From Myxococcota bacterium (GTDB taxonomy: Bacteria > Myxococcota_A > Polyangia > Polyangiales > Sandaracinaceae), in assembly GCA_036149055.1 (NCBI GenBank), contig JAYZQJ010000216.1, positions 1-25,907 on the forward strand: a stretch of DNA of 25,907 nucleotides. Direction: 5' to 3'. Shown one piece after another: positions 1-9,059 of this stretch. Every line of letters begins with the position of its first letter. Within the stretch, counting starts at the first letter, position 1. The notes under the pieces are model-generated. The model was not told where the DNA came from. It saw only the letters and a program-made list of their open reading frames with translations, and did no database searches. The position numbers were made by a program, and so were the translations under genes.

Positions 1-69
1 CCGGTGCAGCGGTCACCCCGTAGGCTGCGGAGCAGCCGGAGGGGGGACCGTTGTACCGGCGCAGCGGGG

Positions 70-101
70 GGGCGGGGGCGGACCCGCCCCTGCCCAAAAA
101 A
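70..101. repeat. GC-rich hairpin (11-bp stem, GACC loop) followed by A6 on the + strand; REP-like or atypical terminator
   Basis: GGGCGGGGGCG (70-80) pairs with CGCCCCTGCCC (85-95) with one G:T pair. It lies immediately past the kinase stop codon (103-105). Confidence 0.45.
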
Positions 102-102
102 C

Positions 103-1431
103 TCAGTACTCATGCACCACCGGCCCGCTCGCGCCTCGGGCCGGGCGACGGCGACGGGCGCGTCGGGTCCGGGCCGGTCGCGGCCGCTCCACTGCGGGCG
201 CCTCTTCGCGCGCCTCGGCCTCGGGCTCCTCGACCGGCGCCGGCGCGCTCGGGGCGGGCTCGCTCGGCGCCGCCACCGTCGCGGGGCTCGGCGGCGGGCG
301 CTCGACCTCGACGGCCGGCGCGATCGGCGCCCGGGCCGCGTCGGGCTCGGGCGCGGAGGACCACCCCGCGCTCAGCGCGAGGGCGGCGCCTCCGATCACC
401 GCGAGCGTCACGACCGCGCCGAGCGCGAGCGGCCAGCGGGGGCGCGCCGGCCGGGCCTCGGACGGCGCGGCGGCGGGCGGCGCGCTCATCGCGGCCGCCA
501 GCTGCGCGCGGCGAGCCTCGATGTCGTCGAGCGCCACCTGCTGCATCACGAACTCGTCGAGCGGCGTCGGGCCCTCGGCCGACACCACGTCGACCAGGAG
601 GTGGTCGAGGGTCGCGGCGACCTCGCGCGCGGTGGCCGGCCGCAGCTCGGGCTCCTTCGCCAGGAGGCGGAACACCAGCTCCACCAGCCCGTCGGGCAGG
701 TCCGGGCGGTGCATGCCGAGGTCCGGCGGCGGCTCGTGCAGGATCCGGTTCGCGGTCTCCTTCACGTCCGCGCCCTTGTAGAGCCGCCGGCCGGTGAAGA
801 GCTCGAAGGCGACGATGCCCAGGGCGAAGAGGTCGACCCGATGATCGCTGTCCGCGAACTGCAGGGTCTCCGGCGCGAGATAGCCGAGCTTGCCCTTGAG
901 CACGCCGCGCTCGGTCTCGGTGCTGCGCCCGGCCGCGCGGGCGATGCCGAAGTCGGCGATGCGCACCGTGCCGCCGAGGTCGAGGAGGATGTTCTGGGGC
1001 GAGACGTCGCGGTGCACGAGCTCGAGGTGCGCGCCCGAGGGGCTCGTGAGCTCGTGCGCCGCCGCGAGCCCGCGCGCCGCCTGCACCAGGATCCGCAGGC
1101 CGATCTGGGCCGGCACCGGCTCGCCGGCGCTGATCTGCCGCCCGCGGATCAGCTGCGCGAGGGACACGCCCTCGACGTAGTCCATGATGAGGAAGGGCCC
1201 GGTCGCGTCCTCGCCCACGTCGAGCACGCTGACCACGTTCGGGTGCCGGAGCAGCCCGGCGATGCGCGCCTCGTCGAGGAACATCTGCTTGATCTCGGGG
1301 TCGCCGGCGCTCCGGTGATGGAAGCGCTTCATCGCGTAGGGGCGGAGGAAGCTCCCCTCCCTGCGCACGACGAGGGACACGGTCGCCATCCCTCCGTCGG
1401 CGAGGTCACAGACTGGCTCGTACGCCGGCAA
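103..1431 (-). CDS. Membrane-anchored Hanks-type Ser/Thr protein kinase
   Basis: C-terminal half of ORF 103..2946 has LADGGMATV, YAMKR, FLDEARIA, HRDVSPQN, DFGIA, GKLGYLAPE, then a TM helix (WPLALGAVVTLAVIGGAALAL) and a Pro/Ala/Glu-rich tail. The start is uncertain: TTG at 1431 or CTG at 1461. The first ATG (1389) falls inside the Gly loop. Confidence 0.9.
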   Translation of the reverse strand: MPAYEPVCDLADGGMATVSLVVRREGSFLRPYAMKRFHHRSAGDPEIKQMFLDEARIAGLLRHPNVVSVLDVGEDATGPFLIMDYVEGVSLAQLIRGRQISAGEPVPAQIGLRILVQAARGLAAAHELTSPSGAHLELVHRDVSPQNILLDLGGTVRIADFGIARAAGRSTETERGVLKGKLGYLAPETLQFADSDHRVDLFALGIVAFELFTGRRLYKGADVKETANRILHEPPPDLGMHRPDLPDGLVELVFRLLAKEPELRPATAREVAATLDHLLVDVVSAEGPTPLDEFVMQQVALDDIEARRAQLAAAMSAPPAAAPSEARPARPRWPLALGAVVTLAVIGGAALALSAGWSSAPEPDAARAPIAPAVEVERPPPSPATVAAPSEPAPSAPAPVEEPEAEAREEAPAVERPRPARTRRARRRRPARGASGPVVHEY

Positions 1432-1457
1432 ACCAGCCGCATCATACCCGATCGGGG

Positions 1458-2840
1458 TCAGCGCGCTCCGAGGTTGCTGCCGTCGGGGCCGGCGCCCCGC
1501 AGCGGCGAGTCCGGCAGCAGGGTCACGACGCAGGCGGCCGGATCGAGCAGCCGCGGGTCCCCGTCGTCGCGGCCGTCGCCGTTGCCGTGCAGCCAGTCGC
1601 CGTCGCTCGACACGTCGCCGGAGAGCCCGTCCCCGGCGTTGTCCACGACGACGTTGCCCCCGCTCGTCACGCCGCCGCCGGTCGAGACGATGCCGGCGCC
1701 GTTGCCGACGACGGTGTTGCCCGCCACCGCGGCCGGCCCCCCGACGCGCACGCCGTCGGCGCCGTTCGCGCAGACGACGTTGCCTTCGACGCGCACGCTG
1801 CCAGCGCGCATGCTGAGCCCCTCCTCGGCGTTGCCGACGACGAGGTTGCCGCGCGCCACCGTGTCTCCGGTGGCTCGCAGGCCGACCCCGGGCAAGCTCG
1901 CGGGGCTGCTCGGGCCGCGCACGCCGGTGTCGCGCAGCACGCTGTGCTCGACGAGCGTGCCGGAGGCGCCGTTGAGCGCGGTGATGGCGGCGTCGGTGCG
2001 GCCCGGCTCCTGCGGCGTCCCGCGGGCGTCGGTGCGATCGAGGCCGTTGTCGTGCACGAAGGCGTGGCGGACGACGTTGCCGGTCGCGTTCTCGCCGTTG
2101 ATCGAGACGCCGAAGCGCACGCCGCCCGCGAGGTCGAGCCCGTCGAGCACCACGTCGCGAGCCGCCTCGGCGCTGCAGCAGATGTCCACCACCGCGTCGG
2201 GCCCGGGTCGCGCGAGCCGGAGCCGCGGGGTCCCGGTGCCCGGCCAGGCGCGGATGACCAGCGGCGCCCCCGGCTCCCCGGTCCGCGCGCCGTCGAGGGC
2301 CAGACCGCGCGGCCCCTCCACCGGGTGTTCGACGTCGCCGCGCAGGTAGAAGACCTCGGGGCGGCCGGCCCGAGCCACCTCGTCGAGCGCGTCCTCGAGG
2401 CCGGGGCACGGCGCGTCTTCGGTGCAGCTGGCGCCCGCCCCCGCGGGGTCGACGAACGCCGCCGCGCAGCCCTCGAGGCCGGTGGGCGCGAAGGTCAGCG
2501 CGCGCGCCCCCGGGTCGCTCGACGGACCGCTCGCGACGGCGCGGCGGACGGGGCACCCGCCGTCGTCGAAGAGCTCGACCTCGGCGAGGAACCAGCGGCT
2601 CTCGGATCCGCCGCGCGGCGTCAGCGGCACGCGCCAGGGGAGCGTGACCTCGCCCTCCCCTTCGCCGACGGTCACCCAGAAGTCGCCGACCAGCTGGAGC
2701 TCGGCGTCCCACACCCGGAGCCCGATGCGCGAGACCGACGCCGGGTCGGGCGGGTCGATCACCAGCTCGATCGAGGGGTCCTGGCACCCGACGGCGGCGC
2801 TCGTCATCAGCGCGATCAGCACGCTGCGCAGGCACGTCAC
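1458..2840 (-). CDS. Lipoprotein with right-handed parallel beta-helix (pectin lyase-like fold)
   Basis: GTG at 2840 overlaps the upstream stop (GTGA). Lipobox AVG-C follows a hydrophobic stretch. Contains FVDPAG..C...PC, GEPGAPLVIRA, repeated GN-x-V-x-x-N-x-x-x-G-I/L/V coils and a C-terminal DPRLLD...LLPDSPLRGAG...LGA cap. Confidence 0.8.
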   Translation of the reverse strand: MTCLRSVLIALMTSAAVGCQDPSIELVIDPPDPASVSRIGLRVWDAELQLVGDFWVTVGEGEGEVTLPWRVPLTPRGGSESRWFLAEVELFDDGGCPVRRAVASGPSSDPGARALTFAPTGLEGCAAAFVDPAGAGASCTEDAPCPGLEDALDEVARAGRPEVFYLRGDVEHPVEGPRGLALDGARTGEPGAPLVIRAWPGTGTPRLRLARPGPDAVVDICCSAEAARDVVLDGLDLAGGVRFGVSINGENATGNVVRHAFVHDNGLDRTDARGTPQEPGRTDAAITALNGASGTLVEHSVLRDTGVRGPSSPASLPGVGLRATGDTVARGNLVVGNAEEGLSMRAGSVRVEGNVVCANGADGVRVGGPAAVAGNTVVGNGAGIVSTGGGVTSGGNVVVDNAGDGLSGDVSSDGDWLHGNGDGRDDGDPRLLDPAACVVTLLPDSPLRGAGPDGSNLGAR

Positions 2841-4285
2841 GAGCGATCCTGTCTCCATTCCAGCACGCGGGTCGGCTCCGTGAACGTCGTGTCCTCGACA
2901 CGGTAACACACCGCTCGACCGCGCTTGATCGCCTCGCAGGCGCCATCCTCCACCAGCCGCTTGAGCGCGTGCTGCACGCTCCGGAGCGGCGCCCCGGCTC
3001 GCTCGGCGCTCTCCCGCGCGGTGGCCCCGGGCTGCGCCGCGATCGCGCGGAGCACGGCGTCGTCGAGGGTCCGCTTCACCCGCGGGTCGGGCACCGCGAA
3101 CGCCTCGCGAGGCACGAGGCTCACCTCCCCCAGCGTCCGCTCGACCGACGCGCGGTCGCCGAGCAGCTCGCGCACCCGGTGGATCAGCACCTCGAGCGAT
3201 CCGCGGTGGATGCGCGGCTCGAACTCGAACCCGTAGACCTGCGCGAACAGCGCCTCGACCGAAAGCGGCGCCGGGGCCAGCGCGAGCACCGACAGCGTGG
3301 TCTCGATTCGCCCCGGTCGGCTGGTGGCGAGGGCGGGCGCGTCGTCGGCCACGAGCACGCGCACCGCGGGCCGCGCCGGGTCCACGCGCACGAGGCAGGG
3401 GTGCTCGAGGGTGCCCGCCGCGAGCGCCACGAGCCCCCGCGGCACCGCCGTCACCCGGCCCGCGCGCCAGGCCTCGATCCCGGGCGCCTCACGCTCCGGA
3501 TCGAAGAGCGCGGCCGCGAGCGCCGCCTCGGAGCGCAGCCACGGGCACGGCGCGGCCTCGGCCAGCGCGTCGAGCGCCGCGGGTTGCGCGGCCCGATCGC
3601 CAGCCAGCGCCCGCTCGTGGCTCAGCCACGCCCGCCACTCCCGGGAAGCCACCCGCTCGAGGGCCACCAGGATACGCAACGCGACGTGCGGCTGACCAGC
3701 ATACCGCCTCACCCGCGCCAGGGTGACGCCGGCGAGGTACTGGGGGTGCACCAGCTCCTCGGTGCGGCTCATGCGCACCGCGCGCCGGGCGTGCCCGCGG
3801 GCCGCGTCGAGCTCCCCGCGCTCCAGCTCGACGAGGGCGCGCGTCGCCGCCGCCTCGACCACCGTGGCCGCCGCGCCCTCCCGGAGCGCCGCCCCCTCGA
3901 CCGACTCCAGCGCCGCGCCGTCGACGTCGCCGCCGGACAGCAGCGTCAGCTGCGCGTCCGCGAGCCGGAGCGCCGGGAGCTCGGCCGGAGCCCGCGCGGC
4001 CAGCGCGTCGCGCCACCGCCGCAGCGCCTCGGGCGCGCACCGCGCGAACGCCAGCCGCGCCCCGTGCGTGCACGCCAGCGCCAGCGCGCCCGCGTCCCCG
4101 GCGGAGGCCTCGACCTCGTCGACGGCGGGCGCCTCGAACCCCGCGTCTCCGCGACCCGCGCCCTCCGGGAGCGTCGCCCGCAGCGCCAGCGCCCAGCCCT
4201 CGTCGGGCTCCCGGGCCAGCAGCTCCCGCGCCGCCGCGTGATCCCCGCGCAGCGCCCGCTCGAACGCCTCCCGCGGATCGCTCAT
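2837..4285 (-). CDS. Putative transcriptional regulator: helical/TPR-like N-terminal region plus two C-terminal winged-helix domains
   Basis: ORF of 482 aa. An OmpR-type wHTH-like segment (LSVEALFAQVYGFEFEPRIHRGSLEVLIHRVRELLG) is followed by a second HTH (LDDAVLRAIAAQPGATARESAERAGAPLRSVQHALKRLVEDG). The Ala/Leu/Arg helical repeats upstream look TPR-like. Confidence 0.7.
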   Translation of the reverse strand: MSDPREAFERALRGDHAAARELLAREPDEGWALALRATLPEGAGRGDAGFEAPAVDEVEASAGDAGALALACTHGARLAFARCAPEALRRWRDALAARAPAELPALRLADAQLTLLSGGDVDGAALESVEGAALREGAAATVVEAAATRALVELERGELDAARGHARRAVRMSRTEELVHPQYLAGVTLARVRRYAGQPHVALRILVALERVASREWRAWLSHERALAGDRAAQPAALDALAEAAPCPWLRSEAALAAALFDPEREAPGIEAWRAGRVTAVPRGLVALAAGTLEHPCLVRVDPARPAVRVLVADDAPALATSRPGRIETTLSVLALAPAPLSVEALFAQVYGFEFEPRIHRGSLEVLIHRVRELLGDRASVERTLGEVSLVPREAFAVPDPRVKRTLDDAVLRAIAAQPGATARESAERAGAPLRSVQHALKRLVEDGACEAIKRGRAVCYRVEDTTFTEPTRVLEWRQDRS

Positions 4286-4313
4286 CGAGGGGATGTTGCC
4301 ATCCGCTCCCCGG

Positions 4314-4838
4314 TCAGGCGAGCACCGACTCTCGGATCTCGTCGGCGCGGTCCTCGTCGACGCCGAAGACCTCGGCGAGCTCTTCGTGGGCGCTCCGCTC
4401 CTCGTCGTCGAGGGCGCCGTCGGCGAGGGCGAGCTGCCAGCTGAGGCCGAGCACGAGCTCGCGGAGGCCGCGCTGGGTGAGCTCCTCGGCGATGTCCTCG
4501 AGCTCCAGCGGCTCGTCGATCGCGCCGGCCAGCTCCTCCTGGACCTTGGGCGGGAGCTCGCTGCCCTCGATGATGCGCTCGAGCAGCTCGATCTCGTCGG
4601 TGGCCAGCTCGCGATCGGCCTGGGCCATCCAGATGCAGGCGTGCACGGCGCCGCGGCGCTCGCGCTCGACCACGTCGCGGGTCTGCGAGGAGAACCACTC
4701 GCGGAGCTCCTCGAGGCGCGCGGTGCCGAGGACCTCGTGCGCGAGGATGGCGCCCTCCTCCTCTTCGTGCCCCATCAGCACGCCGCCGCGGGAGAGCGCG
4801 CCTACCCAGCTCGACATGGCTCCGATCGCGTCCATCAT
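4314..4838 (-). CDS. TerB-family (tellurite resistance-like) protein
   Basis: Two TerB half-motifs: WMAQADRELATDEIELL and QLALADGALDDEER...LAEVFGV. Alternative start ATG at 4775. Confidence 0.8.
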   Translation of the reverse strand: MMDAIGAMSSWVGALSRGGVLMGHEEEEGAILAHEVLGTARLEELREWFSSQTRDVVERERRGAVHACIWMAQADRELATDEIELLERIIEGSELPPKVQEELAGAIDEPLELEDIAEELTQRGLRELVLGLSWQLALADGALDDEERSAHEELAEVFGVDEDRADEIRESVLA

Positions 4839-4877
4839 GGTCGCGCACCATAGCGGACTCGCGCCGAACGGCGAGTT

Positions 4878-5489
4878 TCAGGCGGAAAAGCGCTCGATCT
4901 CGACGATGGCGGTCGACGCGGGGCTCGCCGACAGCTCGTCCTTCAGCATGCCGAAGACCACGAGGTCGCCGAAGGTGCCGTCGGCGTTCTCGCCCACGCC
5001 CCGCAGCAGCCCCTCCTCGCGGTAGCCGAGCTTGCGGGGGATGCGCAGGCTGCGGGTGTTGGTCGGCGCGACCCGGATCTCGATCCGCCGGGCCTCCATG
5101 ACCTCGAAGCCGACGCGGGTGAGGGCGCTGGCGAGCTCGTAGGCGAGCCCTTCGCCCCAGCGCTCCGGGACGATCCAGTAGCCGATCTCCAGCACGCCGA
5201 TCCCGCTGCGGGGGTGCAGGCCCGTGCCCCCGAGGAAGGCGCCGCTCTCTCCATCGAACACGCCGTAGAAGAAGTCCTTGCCGCGATCGAAGGCGCCGCG
5301 AAAGCGCCTCAGCTGATCGGCGCGCTCCTCGAGCGTGAGCGGCTCGCGGCTGAACCAGCTCATCCACGGGAGCAGCGCCTGCTTGTTCGCGACGATGCCA
5401 GCGTGCACCGCGCCGACGTCGGCGCGCTCGTAGCAGCGGATGACGAGGCGCGACGTGCGGACCACGTAGGCGGGGTGCGGCCAGCTCAT
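4878..5489 (-). CDS. GNAT N-acetyltransferase, RimJ/RimL type
   Basis: TSRLVIR, LLPWMSW, LEIGYWIVPERWGEGLA, NTRSLRIPRKLGYREEGLLR. Confidence 0.9.
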   Translation of the reverse strand: MSWPHPAYVVRTSRLVIRCYERADVGAVHAGIVANKQALLPWMSWFSREPLTLEERADQLRRFRGAFDRGKDFFYGVFDGESGAFLGGTGLHPRSGIGVLEIGYWIVPERWGEGLAYELASALTRVGFEVMEARRIEIRVAPTNTRSLRIPRKLGYREEGLLRGVGENADGTFGDLVVFGMLKDELSASPASTAIVEIERFSA

Positions 5490-5492
5490 CGC

Positions 5493-7208
<1,716 letters not shown>

Positions 7209-7269
7209 GCCCCTCCGTGGACCCGGAGGTTACGAGGCAGGCGGCCTCGGGACAATGCTCACGCGCGGC

Positions 7270-7641
7270 TCACGCGCGGTGCACGAACTCGCGGATCTCC
7301 CGGACCTTGCCCATCGCCATCTCGCAGGCGGCGATGCAGTGCTCCGAGCCCTTGGCGTGCTCGTCCATGTTGGGCGAGCGCGTGTACTCGAAGAACACGG
7401 TGTTCGCGTCCCCGTGCACCGTGGTGTGCAGGAGCTTGTAGCTCCCGAAGCGCTGACGCTGCCGCCGCAGCATCTCCCGGATGGCGTCCACGCCCTGGTA
7501 GTGCCCCCCCTCGGGCAGGGCGTGGGCCACGTCCCACTTCGCGTTCGCGTCGAGCTGCTTCACCGCCGCGTCGATGTCGCCGTTGGCGATGGCGGTGAAG
7601 GCGCGGCTGACGGCCTCGATGTTGCTGTCCGCTTCCTTCAT
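7270..7641 (-). CDS. SnoaL-like / NTF2-fold protein
   Basis: C-terminal 123 aa of ORF 7270..8400: NIEAVSRAFTAIANGDIDAAVKQLDANAKW...GGHYQGVDAI...GKVREIREF. ATG 7641 is preceded by AGGGGG. Confidence 0.85.
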   Translation of the reverse strand: MKEADSNIEAVSRAFTAIANGDIDAAVKQLDANAKWDVAHALPEGGHYQGVDAIREMLRRQRQRFGSYKLLHTTVHGDANTVFFEYTRSPNMDEHAKGSEHCIAACEMAMGKVREIREFVHRA

Positions 7642-7679
7642 GACGACCCCCTGTTGATCGTCCGTGAGGTACGCGCCGG

Positions 7680-8402
7680 TCAGCCCTGGGCCACCCGGTC
7701 GTAGGCCGCGCGCACGTCGAACGCGCCGCCCAGCTCCTCGAGGTGCACGTAGAGCGTCGCCAGGTAGAGGCCGAGCGGCACGAAGTCGCGGTGCAGGGTC
7801 GCCCCCTGGTCCCGGCAGCTCAGGAAGGTGCGATGAAAGGTCTCGGTGAACGCGTGCACGTCGAACGAGACCGCGCGCTGGTCGCCGGCCCCGAAGTGCT
7901 CGAGGAACGTGTCCTCGGCGCAGCGCAGACCGACCTGGTCGAGCCCCGCCTGGAAGCGCGCGTCGTCGTCGGCGTAGAAGCCGGCGTAGACCTCGCGCAT
8001 CGCGGCGAGGAACGCGTCGTCGAACGCGTACCAGAGCGACTTGGGGCTCCAGCAGAGCGCGTCGCCGCCGGCCTCGAACCGCTCGGGCCGCAGATCCAGC
8101 AGCACCGGGCCGCCGGCGAAGAGCTGGTGGAAGTAGAGCTCGAGCACGCGCTGCCCGCGCGCCTCCCGCCCGAGCTCGCCCCCCGCGTCGGCGCCGCCCA
8201 GGCGGACCTGGACGTCGCTCGAGGCGAGGGTCTCGGCGCGGTGGCCGCAGGCGTCGGCGAAGCCGGAGCCGTCGAACCAGTTCTTGGTCAGCGCCCCGGT
8301 CGCGCGGCGGAGCGCCTTGCCGGGGAGGACCTCGAAGAACGAAGGCGACGCGAGGTCGACGACCTGCTTCCACTCCGTCCCGCGAACGATGGATTTCCAC
8401 AT
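7680..8402 (-). CDS. Hypothetical protein resembling a degenerate ABC1/UbiB kinase C-lobe
   Basis: Coherent 240-aa ORF with GC3-biased codons. YFHQLFAGGPVLLDLRPERF and LHRDFVPLGLYLATLYVHLEELGGAFDVR recall ABC1 segments, but the catalytic motifs are absent. Alternative start GTG at 8438. Confidence 0.6.
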   Translation of the reverse strand: MWKSIVRGTEWKQVVDLASPSFFEVLPGKALRRATGALTKNWFDGSGFADACGHRAETLASSDVQVRLGGADAGGELGREARGQRVLELYFHQLFAGGPVLLDLRPERFEAGGDALCWSPKSLWYAFDDAFLAAMREVYAGFYADDDARFQAGLDQVGLRCAEDTFLEHFGAGDQRAVSFDVHAFTETFHRTFLSCRDQGATLHRDFVPLGLYLATLYVHLEELGGAFDVRAAYDRVAQG

Positions 8403-8418
8403 GGTGGCCAACCTGGGT

Positions 8419-8763
8419 TCAGTCGGCCGGCGCGTCACGCTCGCCGACGCGGGCGGGCGGCGCGGTGGCCTCGATGGCGCTGAACGTCTCGAGGATCTCG
8501 TAGGTGTGCTCCGCGTTCGGCGGCACGACCCAGGAGTCCCCCTTCTCCAGCAGCACCCGCTGCTCGCCGAGGTGCAGGCGCGCCTTACCCTTCAGCACGT
8601 ACCCGATGGTCTCGTACGGTCGCGCGCGCGGCGTCTTGCCAGCGGTGGGCGCCTCGTCCTCCCAGAGGCGCATCGAGAGCTTCTTGCCGGACGCGAGGTA
8701 GGTCTGCCCCATCGCGCCGTGAGGCGAGGCGTCTCGGTCGATCTTCTTGACGGTCGTATCCAT
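8419..8763 (-). CDS. Cupin domain protein
   Basis: YETIGYVLKGKARLHLGEQRVLLEKGDSWVVPPNAEHTY. ATG at 8763. Confidence 0.88.
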   Translation of the reverse strand: MDTTVKKIDRDASPHGAMGQTYLASGKKLSMRLWEDEAPTAGKTPRARPYETIGYVLKGKARLHLGEQRVLLEKGDSWVVPPNAEHTYEILETFSAIEATAPPARVGERDAPAD

Positions 8764-8887
8764 GCCCCGACGAGGGGCGAGAACCGTTCCACCGCGCTTC
8801 GCGCGGGCCGGGGCCGAAATCGCCGTGCGATCTCGCCTCGCCCGTGGCGTCCCATCCGCCGCAGCGGGCCCGCCGAATGGAGACACG

Positions 8888-9059
8888 GGGACGGAGTTTC
8901 CTTGTTGCCCAACGGGCCTTCGCTCCCCCGATCCGCGCTCTCGGCCCCGCCCGTCAGCGCGATCGGGCGGGTTCTCGGGCTCCAGCGACCTCGTTCGAGC
9001 CCTCCGCCGGCCCCCCGCCGGCCTCCGAAGCGTGTTCGGCAACAAGGAAACTCCGTCCC
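8888..9059. repeat. 172-bp element with 26-bp terminal inverted repeats (MITE/REPIN-like)
   Basis: GGGACGGAGTTTCCTTGTTGCCCAAC (8888-8913) versus GTTCGGCAACAAGGAAACTCCGTCCC (9034-9059): 25/26 complementary, outer 22 bp perfect. No target-site duplication is visible. Confidence 0.75.

Noticed and set aside
4..2349. Long + strand ORF (781 aa) and similar long ORFs such as 2969..4444, 11316..13271, 13633..15660, 17724..19952, 18427..20421, 19761..22223 and 23178..25136
   Set aside because: These are Arg/Ala/Gly/Pro-rich antisense or off-frame shadows of motif-bearing genes, as expected at this GC content.
103..2946. 947-aa kinase with a giant N-terminal extension
   Set aside because: The N-terminal ~500 aa is an off-frame reading of the lipoprotein gene. 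Kinase motifs start only near 1431.
4314..4838. Tellurite-resistance (ter) operon
   Set aside because: This is a lone TerB-like gene with no terC, terD or terZ neighbours.
8888..9059. Autonomous IS element
   Set aside because: It is only 172 bp, with no transposase and no target-site duplication.
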